From NCBI GenBank assembly GCA_031285625.1, contig JAITVV010000043.1, positions 64,001 to 128,000 of the forward strand: a stretch of DNA of 64,000 nucleotides. The letters are read 5' to 3'. Under the pieces are notes generated by a model that had not been told where the DNA came from, ran no database searches, and saw only the letters and a list, made by a program, of their open reading frames with translations. Each line of letters starts with the position of its first letter. The first letter of the stretch is position 1. The position numbers were made by a program, and so were the translations under genes. This document shows positions 36,741 through 45,755 of the stretch, in pieces. The DNA comes from Prevotella sp. (GTDB lineage Bacteria; Bacteroidota; Bacteroidia; Bacteroidales; Dysgonomonadaceae).

Positions 36741-39098
36741 CTATTTTATATTGATTTTTACTTTGTCTTTTTTATTAAGGGATAAATGTAGCTTATCGCC
36801 ATGTATGCTATAATTTTTAGTTCCTGATATTTCCGGTGTGCCAACAGGAAGTTTAAGAATAAATTCATTTCCGGTGTGCGCCGTAATATCTATATGCTGC
36901 ACTTTCCCATTTTTCCAGTCGAAAGAAACTTCTGCACCTCCTCTGACTTTAAATCCTTTTACATTGCCATCTTTCCATCCATCAGGAATTGACGGGAGTA
37001 GTTCAATATATCCTTCATGGCTTTGCAGAAGCATTTCGCCAATTCCCGCTGATCCTCCGAAATTACCATCTATCTGCATTGGCGGATGTGCACTGAACAA
37101 GTTCGGATAAGTTCCCCAACTATTTTCGGCAGGTTTTAGCAAGTCTCCAATCAGTTTATAAGCTTTGTTTCCATCTTTCAGTCTTGCCCAAAAGTTGATT
37201 TTCCATGCCATAGACCAACCTGTAGACTGATCACCACGTCTGTTTAGACTAACTTTTGCAGCTTCCATCAATTCGGGTGTTTTCTCATATGTTAGTTCGT
37301 AGCCGGGATGCAGGCCATATAGTTGCGATACATGGCGATGATGGATTTCATTTTCTTCATAATCTTCGAGCCATTCCATTACCTGTCCGTATTTACCTAT
37401 ACTTGTCGGAGCCAGACGCTCTTTTTTCACTAAAAGGGTTTTAACCCATTCTTTATCAAGATCCAATATATCCGATGCCTGCGAGATATTTGTAAACAAT
37501 TCACGAATTATCTGATTATCCATAGTCGATCCTGCACATATACTTACCACATCACCGGATGGGGTTATATAAGCATTCTCGGGAGAAGTGGTAGGAGCTG
37601 TAACCAGATAACCATTGTTGGGATCTTCGATCAGCATATCTTCAAAGAATAGAGCCGCACCCTTCATCGTAGGATATACCGACCGGAGATATTCTTTATC
37701 CTGAGTATACAGGTAATGCTCCCACAGATGCTGGCACATCCATGCTCCAGCCGTATTAGTTGCACCCCATGAAGGATGCTCCCCCGGAGATGTAAATCCC
37801 CAGACATTCCCTAAAATATGGGTTACCCATCCTCGGCTGTCATAATAGATCCGGGCTGTTTTTCCTCCGGGCTCTGCCAGTGATTTTACATATTCGATTG
37901 TTGGCAAATGTAATTCCGATAAATTGAACATTTCGGCGCCCCACAGATTCATCTGTAAGTTAATATTCAAATGATAATCTCCATTCCACGGTGTATGTAT
38001 TTGTGGAGCCCATAGTCCTTGTAAATTAGGAGGTAATCCACCCGGGCGGGTTGAAGATATGAGCAGATAGCGTCCATATTGCATATATAGCGCTGCAAGG
38101 TCATAGTCTGTTTTATCATTTACAAAGGCTTCTAACCGTTTACTTATAGGTAATCCGGAATTTTTATTTTTACCTAAAGTAAGATCCACACGATTAAATA
38201 GCTTCTGATACTCAGCAATATGCGCTTTCCTTAGATTATCATAATTATCTCCGGCTTTATTTAATAGATCTGATACTAGTCTTTCATGATCTATCCCATT
38301 ATAATTTGTTGCCATCGATACAAATAATGTAACCTCATTTGCATTTTTTATACCAATCTCTTTATCTGTTGCTGATAATGCTCCTCCTTTGTTTACAACC
38401 TTCACCATTCCCAGATATTTCATTCCGGTATGATCTTTTCCGGCTTCTAGCTGACCGAAAATATATAAGCTATTACCACTGGCATAAGTTTTAAAGTTCT
38501 CATCACGTTGAAGTGAGATACGCAGGTTTAAAGCTTTCGACTGATTTGCTGTATATTTAATTACTCCTATATCGTCAGAAAAGGATGTAAAATATTCCCG
38601 TTTATAATCTATATTATTTTTAGTATACGAAACAGTAGACAATGCATTATTCATGTCTAATGTCCTTTTATATTTCATTGGTTGGGAGTTATCCGGATAT
38701 ATGAAATCGACATAAAGATTTGCGAAATTCTGAAATTTTCCATAATCGGGGCCACTACTGCCCTCCCCTTTACAAGTAAAGGTTTTATACATCAATTCCT
38801 GTGCTTCTTTATTCTTTTTCTCAAACAACAGCTGTCTTATTTCACCCAGGTATTTATGTGCATCGGGATTATCTGCATCCTGCTCGTTACCTGACCACAG
38901 CGATAACTCATTAAGGACAATCCTTTCACGGTCAACACCACCCCAGGGCATCATTCCTATACGCCCATTTCCTAAAGGAACGGATTCTTCCCATATAGAA
39001 GCAGGTTGATCAAAATAATATTGCCATTGATTTTGAGCAGATAAACTACTGAATATTGCAAGAAACAGTACACAAAAAATTAATTTACAGAATTTCAT
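36741..39098 (-). CDS. GH95 alpha-1,2-L-fucosidase
   Basis: PLGNGRIG, YGRYLLISS, WNGDYHLNINLQMN, HRHVSQL, QIDGNFG. Confidence 0.93.
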   Translation of the reverse strand: MKFCKLIFCVLFLAIFSSLSAQNQWQYYFDQPASIWEESVPLGNGRIGMMPWGGVDRERIVLNELSLWSGNEQDADNPDAHKYLGEIRQLLFEKKNKEAQELMYKTFTCKGEGSSGPDYGKFQNFANLYVDFIYPDNSQPMKYKRTLDMNNALSTVSYTKNNIDYKREYFTSFSDDIGVIKYTANQSKALNLRISLQRDENFKTYASGNSLYIFGQLEAGKDHTGMKYLGMVKVVNKGGALSATDKEIGIKNANEVTLFVSMATNYNGIDHERLVSDLLNKAGDNYDNLRKAHIAEYQKLFNRVDLTLGKNKNSGLPISKRLEAFVNDKTDYDLAALYMQYGRYLLISSTRPGGLPPNLQGLWAPQIHTPWNGDYHLNINLQMNLWGAEMFNLSELHLPTIEYVKSLAEPGGKTARIYYDSRGWVTHILGNVWGFTSPGEHPSWGATNTAGAWMCQHLWEHYLYTQDKEYLRSVYPTMKGAALFFEDMLIEDPNNGYLVTAPTTSPENAYITPSGDVVSICAGSTMDNQIIRELFTNISQASDILDLDKEWVKTLLVKKERLAPTSIGKYGQVMEWLEDYEENEIHHRHVSQLYGLHPGYELTYEKTPELMEAAKVSLNRRGDQSTGWSMAWKINFWARLKDGNKAYKLIGDLLKPAENSWGTYPNLFSAHPPMQIDGNFGGSAGIGEMLLQSHEGYIELLPSIPDGWKDGNVKGFKVRGGAEVSFDWKNGKVQHIDITAHTGNEFILKLPVGTPEISGTKNYSIHGDKLHLSLNKKDKVKINIK

Positions 39099-39165
39099 GA
39101 GTTATTAGTTTATTTAAGTGATTAACTTGATTACTCGAAGATAAGCAATTAATCATTTTTGTATT

Positions 39166-41343
39166 TTATTTCACCTCTATCATTTTTGTTTGCCTGATAT
39201 CCTCTGAAGATGAACCGATCATTAAGTTTACAATACCCGGTTCCAAAACATATTCATCGCGGCTATTACTCCAATAAGTCAATTCATCTGCATTCAAAAC
39301 AAAATCGAAGGTCTCACTGTCTTCACTTCTTATCATCTTTCGTTGAAATCCTTTAAGCTGTTTCACTGGTCTTATCACTCCTGATTTAGGATATGAAACA
39401 TAGAGCTGCGCTACTTCTTCTCCATTGATACCTCCGGTATTTGTTATATCTACAGATATCCTGATGTCTTTTCCTTTGGACAGTGTTGAAGAGGATAACG
39501 ATATATCCGAATAGGAAAAATCAGTATAACTTAATCCATACCCAAAAGGATAAAGCGGTTCTTCTTTTGCATACATATATGTTCTACCGTTACGGATATC
39601 ATAGTCCATCATTGGGGGTAAGTCTGCGATAGACTTTACCCATGTCTGATTTGTTCTTCCGGCAGGATTGTAATCTCCAAAGATCACATCTGCAAGTCCA
39701 TTACCTAATTCCTGGCTATTATTTGTTATATGTAAAATAGCAGGCACATTCTCTTGCGACCAATTGATCGCAAACGGAAAGCTACTCACCAATACCATCA
39801 CTGTATTAGCATTCGCTTTATGTACAATTTTTACCAAGTCCTCCTGTTCGAGAGATAATGCTTTACGGTCAACAGCTTCCCTTCCATCACTCGGAACCGG
39901 AGAGTATTTCCATTTGGGATCGGTGCCATATACATGATTGCCAACACAGACGATGGCTACATCTGCTTTTTGTGCTGCCAGATATGCCTTATCCACTTCA
40001 TTTGATGGTTCATAGATCACTTCTACATCTTTGCCAACGGCATTCTTTATACCTTCAAGTATAGAAACTGTATATGGGGGAGTTCCGCTATACCAGTCAA
40101 GCAATACTTCATCTGCACGTGGGCCAATAACCGCAATTGATCCTATATTCTTACTCAATGGCAAAAGATTCCGGTCATTTTTTAATAAAACAGTAGACTT
40201 CGCTGTTACTAATCGGACAAAGTCCTGTATGTCTTTATTTCTCCATGGTGCTATTGTATCTCTCACTCCAATATTAGCGTATGGTAGTTTTGTTTGATCA
40301 GCATCCAGAAGCCCCAGTTTCAGTGCTATATAAAAATTTCCTCTGATGGCATTATCAATATCGGCTTCAGTAAGTAATCCTTTTTCGAGTGCTTCATATA
40401 CATATGGACGATAATTATCCAAAAATTGTCCTACGCCGGCTTTTATGATAGCTGCACTACCTTCGGTATGTGTCGGAAATGTCTTGTGAGCTTTTATCAA
40501 AAGATCTAATGCTCCCCCATCAGTGCATATGATACCTTTCATATTCCATTCTTTACGTATTTTCTCCAAAACTGGGTGGATAGTCATAGCTGTTCCATTC
40601 CAACCATTGTATGCTGCCATAAATGCCTGAGAACCTCCTTTCTCTATCCCTTTATGAAATGGATACGCATAATATTCATGAAATAATTGATTATCAAAAT
40701 TGGAGGAAGTTGAATCTCTCCCATCCTCATTGCTATTAGCCAGAAAGTGCTTCATTAAAGATGCCGATTTCCAGTACCGGGGATTATCCCCCTGGAGCCC
40801 TTTTACAAAAGCCACAGTCATCTCCGATACCAGAAACGGATCTTCCCCGAAGCTTTCTTCGGTACGTCCCCAACGAGGGTCACGTGCCAAGTCAGCATTC
40901 GGGGCTCTCATAACCAAACCGCCCTTTGTGTATTTATCGTTCTGAGTGTAGAACCTTATTTCGGTAGCTTCTATGTCTGCTACCTTTTTTATTAATTCGG
41001 TATCCCATGTTTCTCCTAAGCCATAGGCCTGAGGGAAAGTTGTTGTCGGATATGTATCGGGGACACGTTGATAGTTTACCATTTTGAAACCACCCCAGTT
41101 ACCCGGCCCGCCAAGAGCCATTCCATGTAATCCTTCCGAATGTCCGGTGCTGCGTATACCTAAACGGGGCACGCCCAGATTCGTAGACAGAGCATTCACT
41201 TTTTCATCAATTGTCATTAGAGACAATAAATTATCAAGACGTTTTTCTTCGCTCAATGATGTATTATGAAAAGGGTAAATGTATTGAGCCGATAAAGTAT
41301 TTGCAAACAAAATACAGATAATGACAGCTAACGTTTTTTTCAT
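39166..41343 (-). CDS. GH3 beta-glucosidase/beta-xylosidase
   Basis: EGLHG, ARDPRWGRTEESFGEDP, KHF, CTDGGA, YPFGYGLSY. Confidence 0.9.
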   Translation of the reverse strand: MKKTLAVIICILFANTLSAQYIYPFHNTSLSEEKRLDNLLSLMTIDEKVNALSTNLGVPRLGIRSTGHSEGLHGMALGGPGNWGGFKMVNYQRVPDTYPTTTFPQAYGLGETWDTELIKKVADIEATEIRFYTQNDKYTKGGLVMRAPNADLARDPRWGRTEESFGEDPFLVSEMTVAFVKGLQGDNPRYWKSASLMKHFLANSNEDGRDSTSSNFDNQLFHEYYAYPFHKGIEKGGSQAFMAAYNGWNGTAMTIHPVLEKIRKEWNMKGIICTDGGALDLLIKAHKTFPTHTEGSAAIIKAGVGQFLDNYRPYVYEALEKGLLTEADIDNAIRGNFYIALKLGLLDADQTKLPYANIGVRDTIAPWRNKDIQDFVRLVTAKSTVLLKNDRNLLPLSKNIGSIAVIGPRADEVLLDWYSGTPPYTVSILEGIKNAVGKDVEVIYEPSNEVDKAYLAAQKADVAIVCVGNHVYGTDPKWKYSPVPSDGREAVDRKALSLEQEDLVKIVHKANANTVMVLVSSFPFAINWSQENVPAILHITNNSQELGNGLADVIFGDYNPAGRTNQTWVKSIADLPPMMDYDIRNGRTYMYAKEEPLYPFGYGLSYTDFSYSDISLSSSTLSKGKDIRISVDITNTGGINGEEVAQLYVSYPKSGVIRPVKQLKGFQRKMIRSEDSETFDFVLNADELTYWSNSRDEYVLEPGIVNLMIGSSSEDIRQTKMIEVK

Positions 41344-41368
41344 GGAATAGATTTTTAACCTTGTGATA

Positions 41369-41432
41369 CAAAAATATTATATCTTTGGTTCAAACCCTAT
41401 TCCTGATGTTTCCTAAAGGGGGGCAATATGTT
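41369..41432 (-). promoter_or_regulatory. Promoter and putative HTCS operator for the leftward GH operon
   Basis: TATTTTTG (41376-41369) preceded by AACAT-attg-CCCCC-N8-AACAT ending 29 nt upstream. Confidence 0.6.
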
Positions 41433-41438
41433 ATCAGA

Positions 41439-44400
41439 TCATTTTGATACGTTCTTTTTATACTCATTAGGTGTTACACCAAACTCTTCCTTAAAATATT
41501 TACGAAAATATTTAGGATCATTGAATCCTACCTGAAATGCAACCTCATTTACAAACATCTGACTTTTCTCCAACAGATCTGCTGCACGTTTCAAACGAAT
41601 GAAACGAATAAATTCGGAAGGTGTCTTATCCGTCAATGCCAATATTTTCTTATAGAAATAAACCCGGCTCATCCCCATCTCTTTACAAAGATCTTCAACA
41701 AGGAACTCAGGATTGCCCATATTCTCCTCAACTATTAATATTGCTTTTTGAACAAATTTTTCATCCATTGAGGTTATTTCTATCTCACTTGGCGAAATAT
41801 CAATCTTTTTCTTAAAATTATGATGTATTCTCTTTTGCTTTTCTATTATTTTAGCAATTTTCAACTTCAACATATCAATATTAAAAGGCTTAGATATGTA
41901 ATCATCTGCACCGGCTTCTATTCCCGAGTATTTATTTTCTTCAGAAGATTTAGCTGTAAGCAATATAATAGGAATGTGCGATGTCCGAATATCTCCTTTT
42001 ATCTGGCGACAGAACTCATAGCCATCCATTTTAGGCATCATAACGTCACAGAGTATAATATCAGGCAGTTGATCGAGGACTATGCTATATCCTTCTTCCC
42101 CATCATTAGCTGTTACAACACGGTAATCTTCAATAAACAGGCTTGTTATAAACTCACAAAAATCTTCGTTATCATCAACTATCAGCAACAACGGGAGGTT
42201 TGCACGCTGAGCCGATTTCATATCGGGTTTCTGTATCAGATGTATTTCATCTGTAATGGAATCTCCTGAATGTATAATATCCTGACTACTTAATTCCTTA
42301 TATGTTGAATTTTGTATTGGCAAAAGAACAGTAAAAACGGAACCCTTACCAACAACACTCTCTACCAATATTTCACCACCATGCAGTTTGACATATTCAC
42401 TGGCTAAATGTAAACCGACGCCCGTTCCCGACTGGGTATTCTTTCCAGTCTTTTCTATTCTGAAAAAACGCTCAAATATTTTTTCCAGATATTCCTTATC
42501 CATACCAATGCCGGTATCTGTTACCTTCAGGCATAATTGCCTGTTTGGTGACTCTCCATTCTGCAGCAATTCCGAGATACCAAGACTCACATCTATTTGC
42601 CCATCCTCAGTATACTTAAATGCATTTGATATTAGATTGGAAATCACTTTATTCATCTTTTCCTTGTCAAACTCCATCTGCAACTCCTGCAAGTATGTTG
42701 TAAACGTAAGCCTGATAGACTTTTCGGCTGCTAGAGGAGAGAATGACAGACAAATATCTTTTGTAAACTCAATAATATTGCCACGCGAAATATTAAGAGC
42801 CATTTTATTCAGGTCAAATTTTCTGAAATCAAGAATTTCATTCACCATATTCAGTAAGTTCTTGGCATTCTTATGCATGATATTCATTGTAGCCTTTTGT
42901 TCTTCTGAAGCAGGTGATTTCATCAGTTTTTCTAATGGCGTAAGTATAAGAGTCAACGGAGTTTTGAATTCATGGCTTATATTCGTAAAGAACTTGAATT
43001 TAAGTTCATCCACTTCATGAATTTTGTTCGCTTCCAATATTCTCTGAGCTTGCTCATATTCTTCTCTTTGTTTATTAAGCTTATACTTGATAAATAACCT
43101 TATCAAAGCAGCTGCTATAATTACATAAATAATATATGCCCACCATGAAAACCAAAATGGAGGCTGCACTACTATTTTCAGCATAATAGGATCACTTGTC
43201 CATACATTATCATCATTACTGGCATAGACAATTAACTTATATGTCCCGGCATTAAGATTGGAATATGAAGCTGCACCGATTCCATTATTGATCTCTGTCC
43301 ACTTATTATCCAATCCTTCCAGCATATATTTATATCTGCTTTTTTCTGGATGAATAAAATTAAGCGCAGAAAACTTTATTGTAAAATTCGTTTCTCCATA
43401 GTGCAATGTTATTTCGTCAATATCAGTAATCGACTTTTCTATTATAACTCTTCCATTGTATTCAATATTTGGTTCTATAACCTGATTTGTTATTAACAGA
43501 TCGGTAAAACGTGGAACAGGAGGATTTTGATTAAAGACTATCTCTTTGGGATTGAATGAAATATATCCACCTATACCTCCGATGTAGATTATACCATCCT
43601 TATCTTTATAAATTGCATTTTGATTAAAAACTGAGCCGGGGAGACCATCATTAACATCAAAAACAGCTATAGAATATTCCAAATTATGATTGATATACTT
43701 ACAATCGATAAAAGCAAGACCATTACGTGTTCCTGCCCAAATATTCCTATCGTTATCTTCTATAAGAGAGACTACTTCATCGCTCGGCAAGCCATTAGCT
43801 GTGGTTATGTAGATAAATCTCTCTGTAGAAGGATTGTAAACGTTGATCCCTTTTTCTGTCGCTACCCAAAGAAGCCCCCTCGAATCTGTCATCAAGTAAT
43901 TGGAAGATTCTGTAGTCAGTGAGTCCGCCAGCACTTGTTCGGTGAAATAAGGTCGTATTTCTTTCTTATTGTTATCCAGATAATATATGCCTATATCAGT
44001 ACCGAAATATATGTTTTTCAAAGAATCGGTAAAGGTTGATACAACATAATTTGTCCTCAAGTTACTGTTGTTTGTATTATTATGTGTAAATGTATTCCTT
44101 TCACGGTTCAGTTGGTCTATTCCCCCTCCCAAAGTTGCTATCCATAAATTATTATCTTTATCCTCTGCAAGCCCGTAAACACTCTTGCTGGAAAGCGAGT
44201 TGGGATTATTCTCATCTATCTGATACCTTTTAAAGCTTTTGCCGTCATATGAATTTAATCCACCAAAGAATGTTCCTATCCACAGAGTCTGGCTACTATC
44301 TTCTTCTATGGCCGTTATGATATCAGCTGATATACTGGATTGATCTTTGGGATCGTTGTGAAACCGCTGCACATCTCCTGTTTCAGGATTATATTTTATC

Positions 44401-45554
44401 AAGCCTTGCCCATTTGTGCCTATCCATAGGTTATCCTTATTATCCTTATATAGTCTGTTACAGTCAAATATCTCTGCATTCCGCTTGAAAATATAAAATA
44501 GTGGAGACTTTTTAAATTTAAATAAGTTAGGGTGATAATAAGACACGCCGTTTTTATATGTGCCCAGCCATATGGTTCCGTTCTCTTCGCAATAAATACT
44601 GATGGCAGAATTCTGAGCTATGGAAGCATTATTATATATATCATTTTTTAAGATCGTGATATTCTTATTTTTTTTATTAAATATATTTATTCCTCCATGG
44701 TCTGTTCCTATCCATATAAGTCCGGTATTATCTTGTCCCACACACCTTACAAAACTGCTGGACAAAGTTATCTCCTTATCTGCATCGAATAATGTCCATT
44801 GTCCTTTCAGAATATTAAAATAGGCTATTCCCCTGTCTGCAATACCAGGGTAGACCCATACATCATTATCTGAATCTATGAAAAGCGACTTTATTATAGT
44901 CGAATTATGGTTGTTCTCTTTAAAGAAGGTATTACGAATGTCTATTTTGTCATTTTGCGTATTGAGCCGCTCCAACATACCATCTCTGTACAGAATCCAT
45001 ATATAATCATCTTTAACCTTAATATCAGATATTTCCGATAAATGCAGGTCACTTATATCCTCTGATTGTTTGTATAAGGCAGATTTATGTGTAGTAACAT
45101 CATATTTATATATTCCTTTTCCTGAATAAGTAATGTAAATATTCTTCTTTTTGTCTATTTCTATTATACCTGGGGTAGATGGTAGACCTATGACATTCAG
45201 CACAGAATCTATATTATTTATAAAAGTTTCGGATTTCCAGTCATAAATCATATAGGCACTAGAACGTAGCCAAAGGTTCCCGTTGATATCTTCCTGTATT
45301 TTTGTAAACTTATCAAAAGAAGGACTTTTTCCATCCTTTTTGACATGTTTATATGTTTTGAAATTGATTCCATCATATCTATTCAACCCCATATTGGTAC
45401 CAAGCCATAAAAATCCCCGGCTATCCTTGAATATACATTCTACCTGATTATTTGACAGCCCATCGGTATTGTCCAAATGAGAAAATTCAAATTGTTGAGC
45501 ATTCAAATTATGTATAAATGATAATAATAAAATTATGGGAAACAGTTTTTTCAT
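41439..45554 (-). CDS. Hybrid two-component system (propeller sensor, HisKA, HATPase, REC, AraC)
   Basis: FFTNISHEFKTPLTLI, NLISNAFKYT, GTGVGL, DVMMPKMDG, VGFNDPKYFRKYFK. Confidence 0.96.
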   Translation of the reverse strand: MKKLFPIILLLSFIHNLNAQQFEFSHLDNTDGLSNNQVECIFKDSRGFLWLGTNMGLNRYDGINFKTYKHVKKDGKSPSFDKFTKIQEDINGNLWLRSSAYMIYDWKSETFINNIDSVLNVIGLPSTPGIIEIDKKKNIYITYSGKGIYKYDVTTHKSALYKQSEDISDLHLSEISDIKVKDDYIWILYRDGMLERLNTQNDKIDIRNTFFKENNHNSTIIKSLFIDSDNDVWVYPGIADRGIAYFNILKGQWTLFDADKEITLSSSFVRCVGQDNTGLIWIGTDHGGINIFNKKNKNITILKNDIYNNASIAQNSAISIYCEENGTIWLGTYKNGVSYYHPNLFKFKKSPLFYIFKRNAEIFDCNRLYKDNKDNLWIGTNGQGLIKYNPETGDVQRFHNDPKDQSSISADIITAIEEDSSQTLWIGTFFGGLNSYDGKSFKRYQIDENNPNSLSSKSVYGLAEDKDNNLWIATLGGGIDQLNRERNTFTHNNTNNSNLRTNYVVSTFTDSLKNIYFGTDIGIYYLDNNKKEIRPYFTEQVLADSLTTESSNYLMTDSRGLLWVATEKGINVYNPSTERFIYITTANGLPSDEVVSLIEDNDRNIWAGTRNGLAFIDCKYINHNLEYSIAVFDVNDGLPGSVFNQNAIYKDKDGIIYIGGIGGYISFNPKEIVFNQNPPVPRFTDLLITNQVIEPNIEYNGRVIIEKSITDIDEITLHYGETNFTIKFSALNFIHPEKSRYKYMLEGLDNKWTEINNGIGAASYSNLNAGTYKLIVYASNDDNVWTSDPIMLKIVVQPPFWFSWWAYIIYVIIAAALIRLFIKYKLNKQREEYEQAQRILEANKIHEVDELKFKFFTNISHEFKTPLTLILTPLEKLMKSPASEEQKATMNIMHKNAKNLLNMVNEILDFRKFDLNKMALNISRGNIIEFTKDICLSFSPLAAEKSIRLTFTTYLQELQMEFDKEKMNKVISNLISNAFKYTEDGQIDVSLGISELLQNGESPNRQLCLKVTDTGIGMDKEYLEKIFERFFRIEKTGKNTQSGTGVGLHLASEYVKLHGGEILVESVVGKGSVFTVLLPIQNSTYKELSSQDIIHSGDSITDEIHLIQKPDMKSAQRANLPLLLIVDDNEDFCEFITSLFIEDYRVVTANDGEEGYSIVLDQLPDIILCDVMMPKMDGYEFCRQIKGDIRTSHIPIILLTAKSSEENKYSGIEAGADDYISKPFNIDMLKLKIAKIIEKQKRIHHNFKKKIDISPSEIEITSMDEKFVQKAILIVEENMGNPEFLVEDLCKEMGMSRVYFYKKILALTDKTPSEFIRFIRLKRAADLLEKSQMFVNEVAFQVGFNDPKYFRKYFKEEFGVTPNEYKKNVSK

Positions 45555-45620
45555 AGATAGCAGATTCTGTATTCAGTCTATACAAATTTAAATAAATAAA
45601 GTGATTAACAGACCTCTGTT

Positions 45621-45727
45621 AGCATTTTAATACCTAAATGGAAACATTTAACCCCCTGTTTAAAATCTTTAACACTCGTATTAAAAACATATAAGAAAGC
45701 CTTTCGATACAACCTTCGGTAATTTTG
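45621..45727 (+). promoter_or_regulatory. Promoter and putative HTCS operator array for the GH31-susC operon
   Basis: AACAT-like units at 45621, 45643, 45664, 45686 (21-22 nt period); TAATTTTG at 45720-45727, 29 nt after the last unit. Confidence 0.6.
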
Positions 45728-45755
45728 TCTCAATGAAACTTAAACCATAATTACC

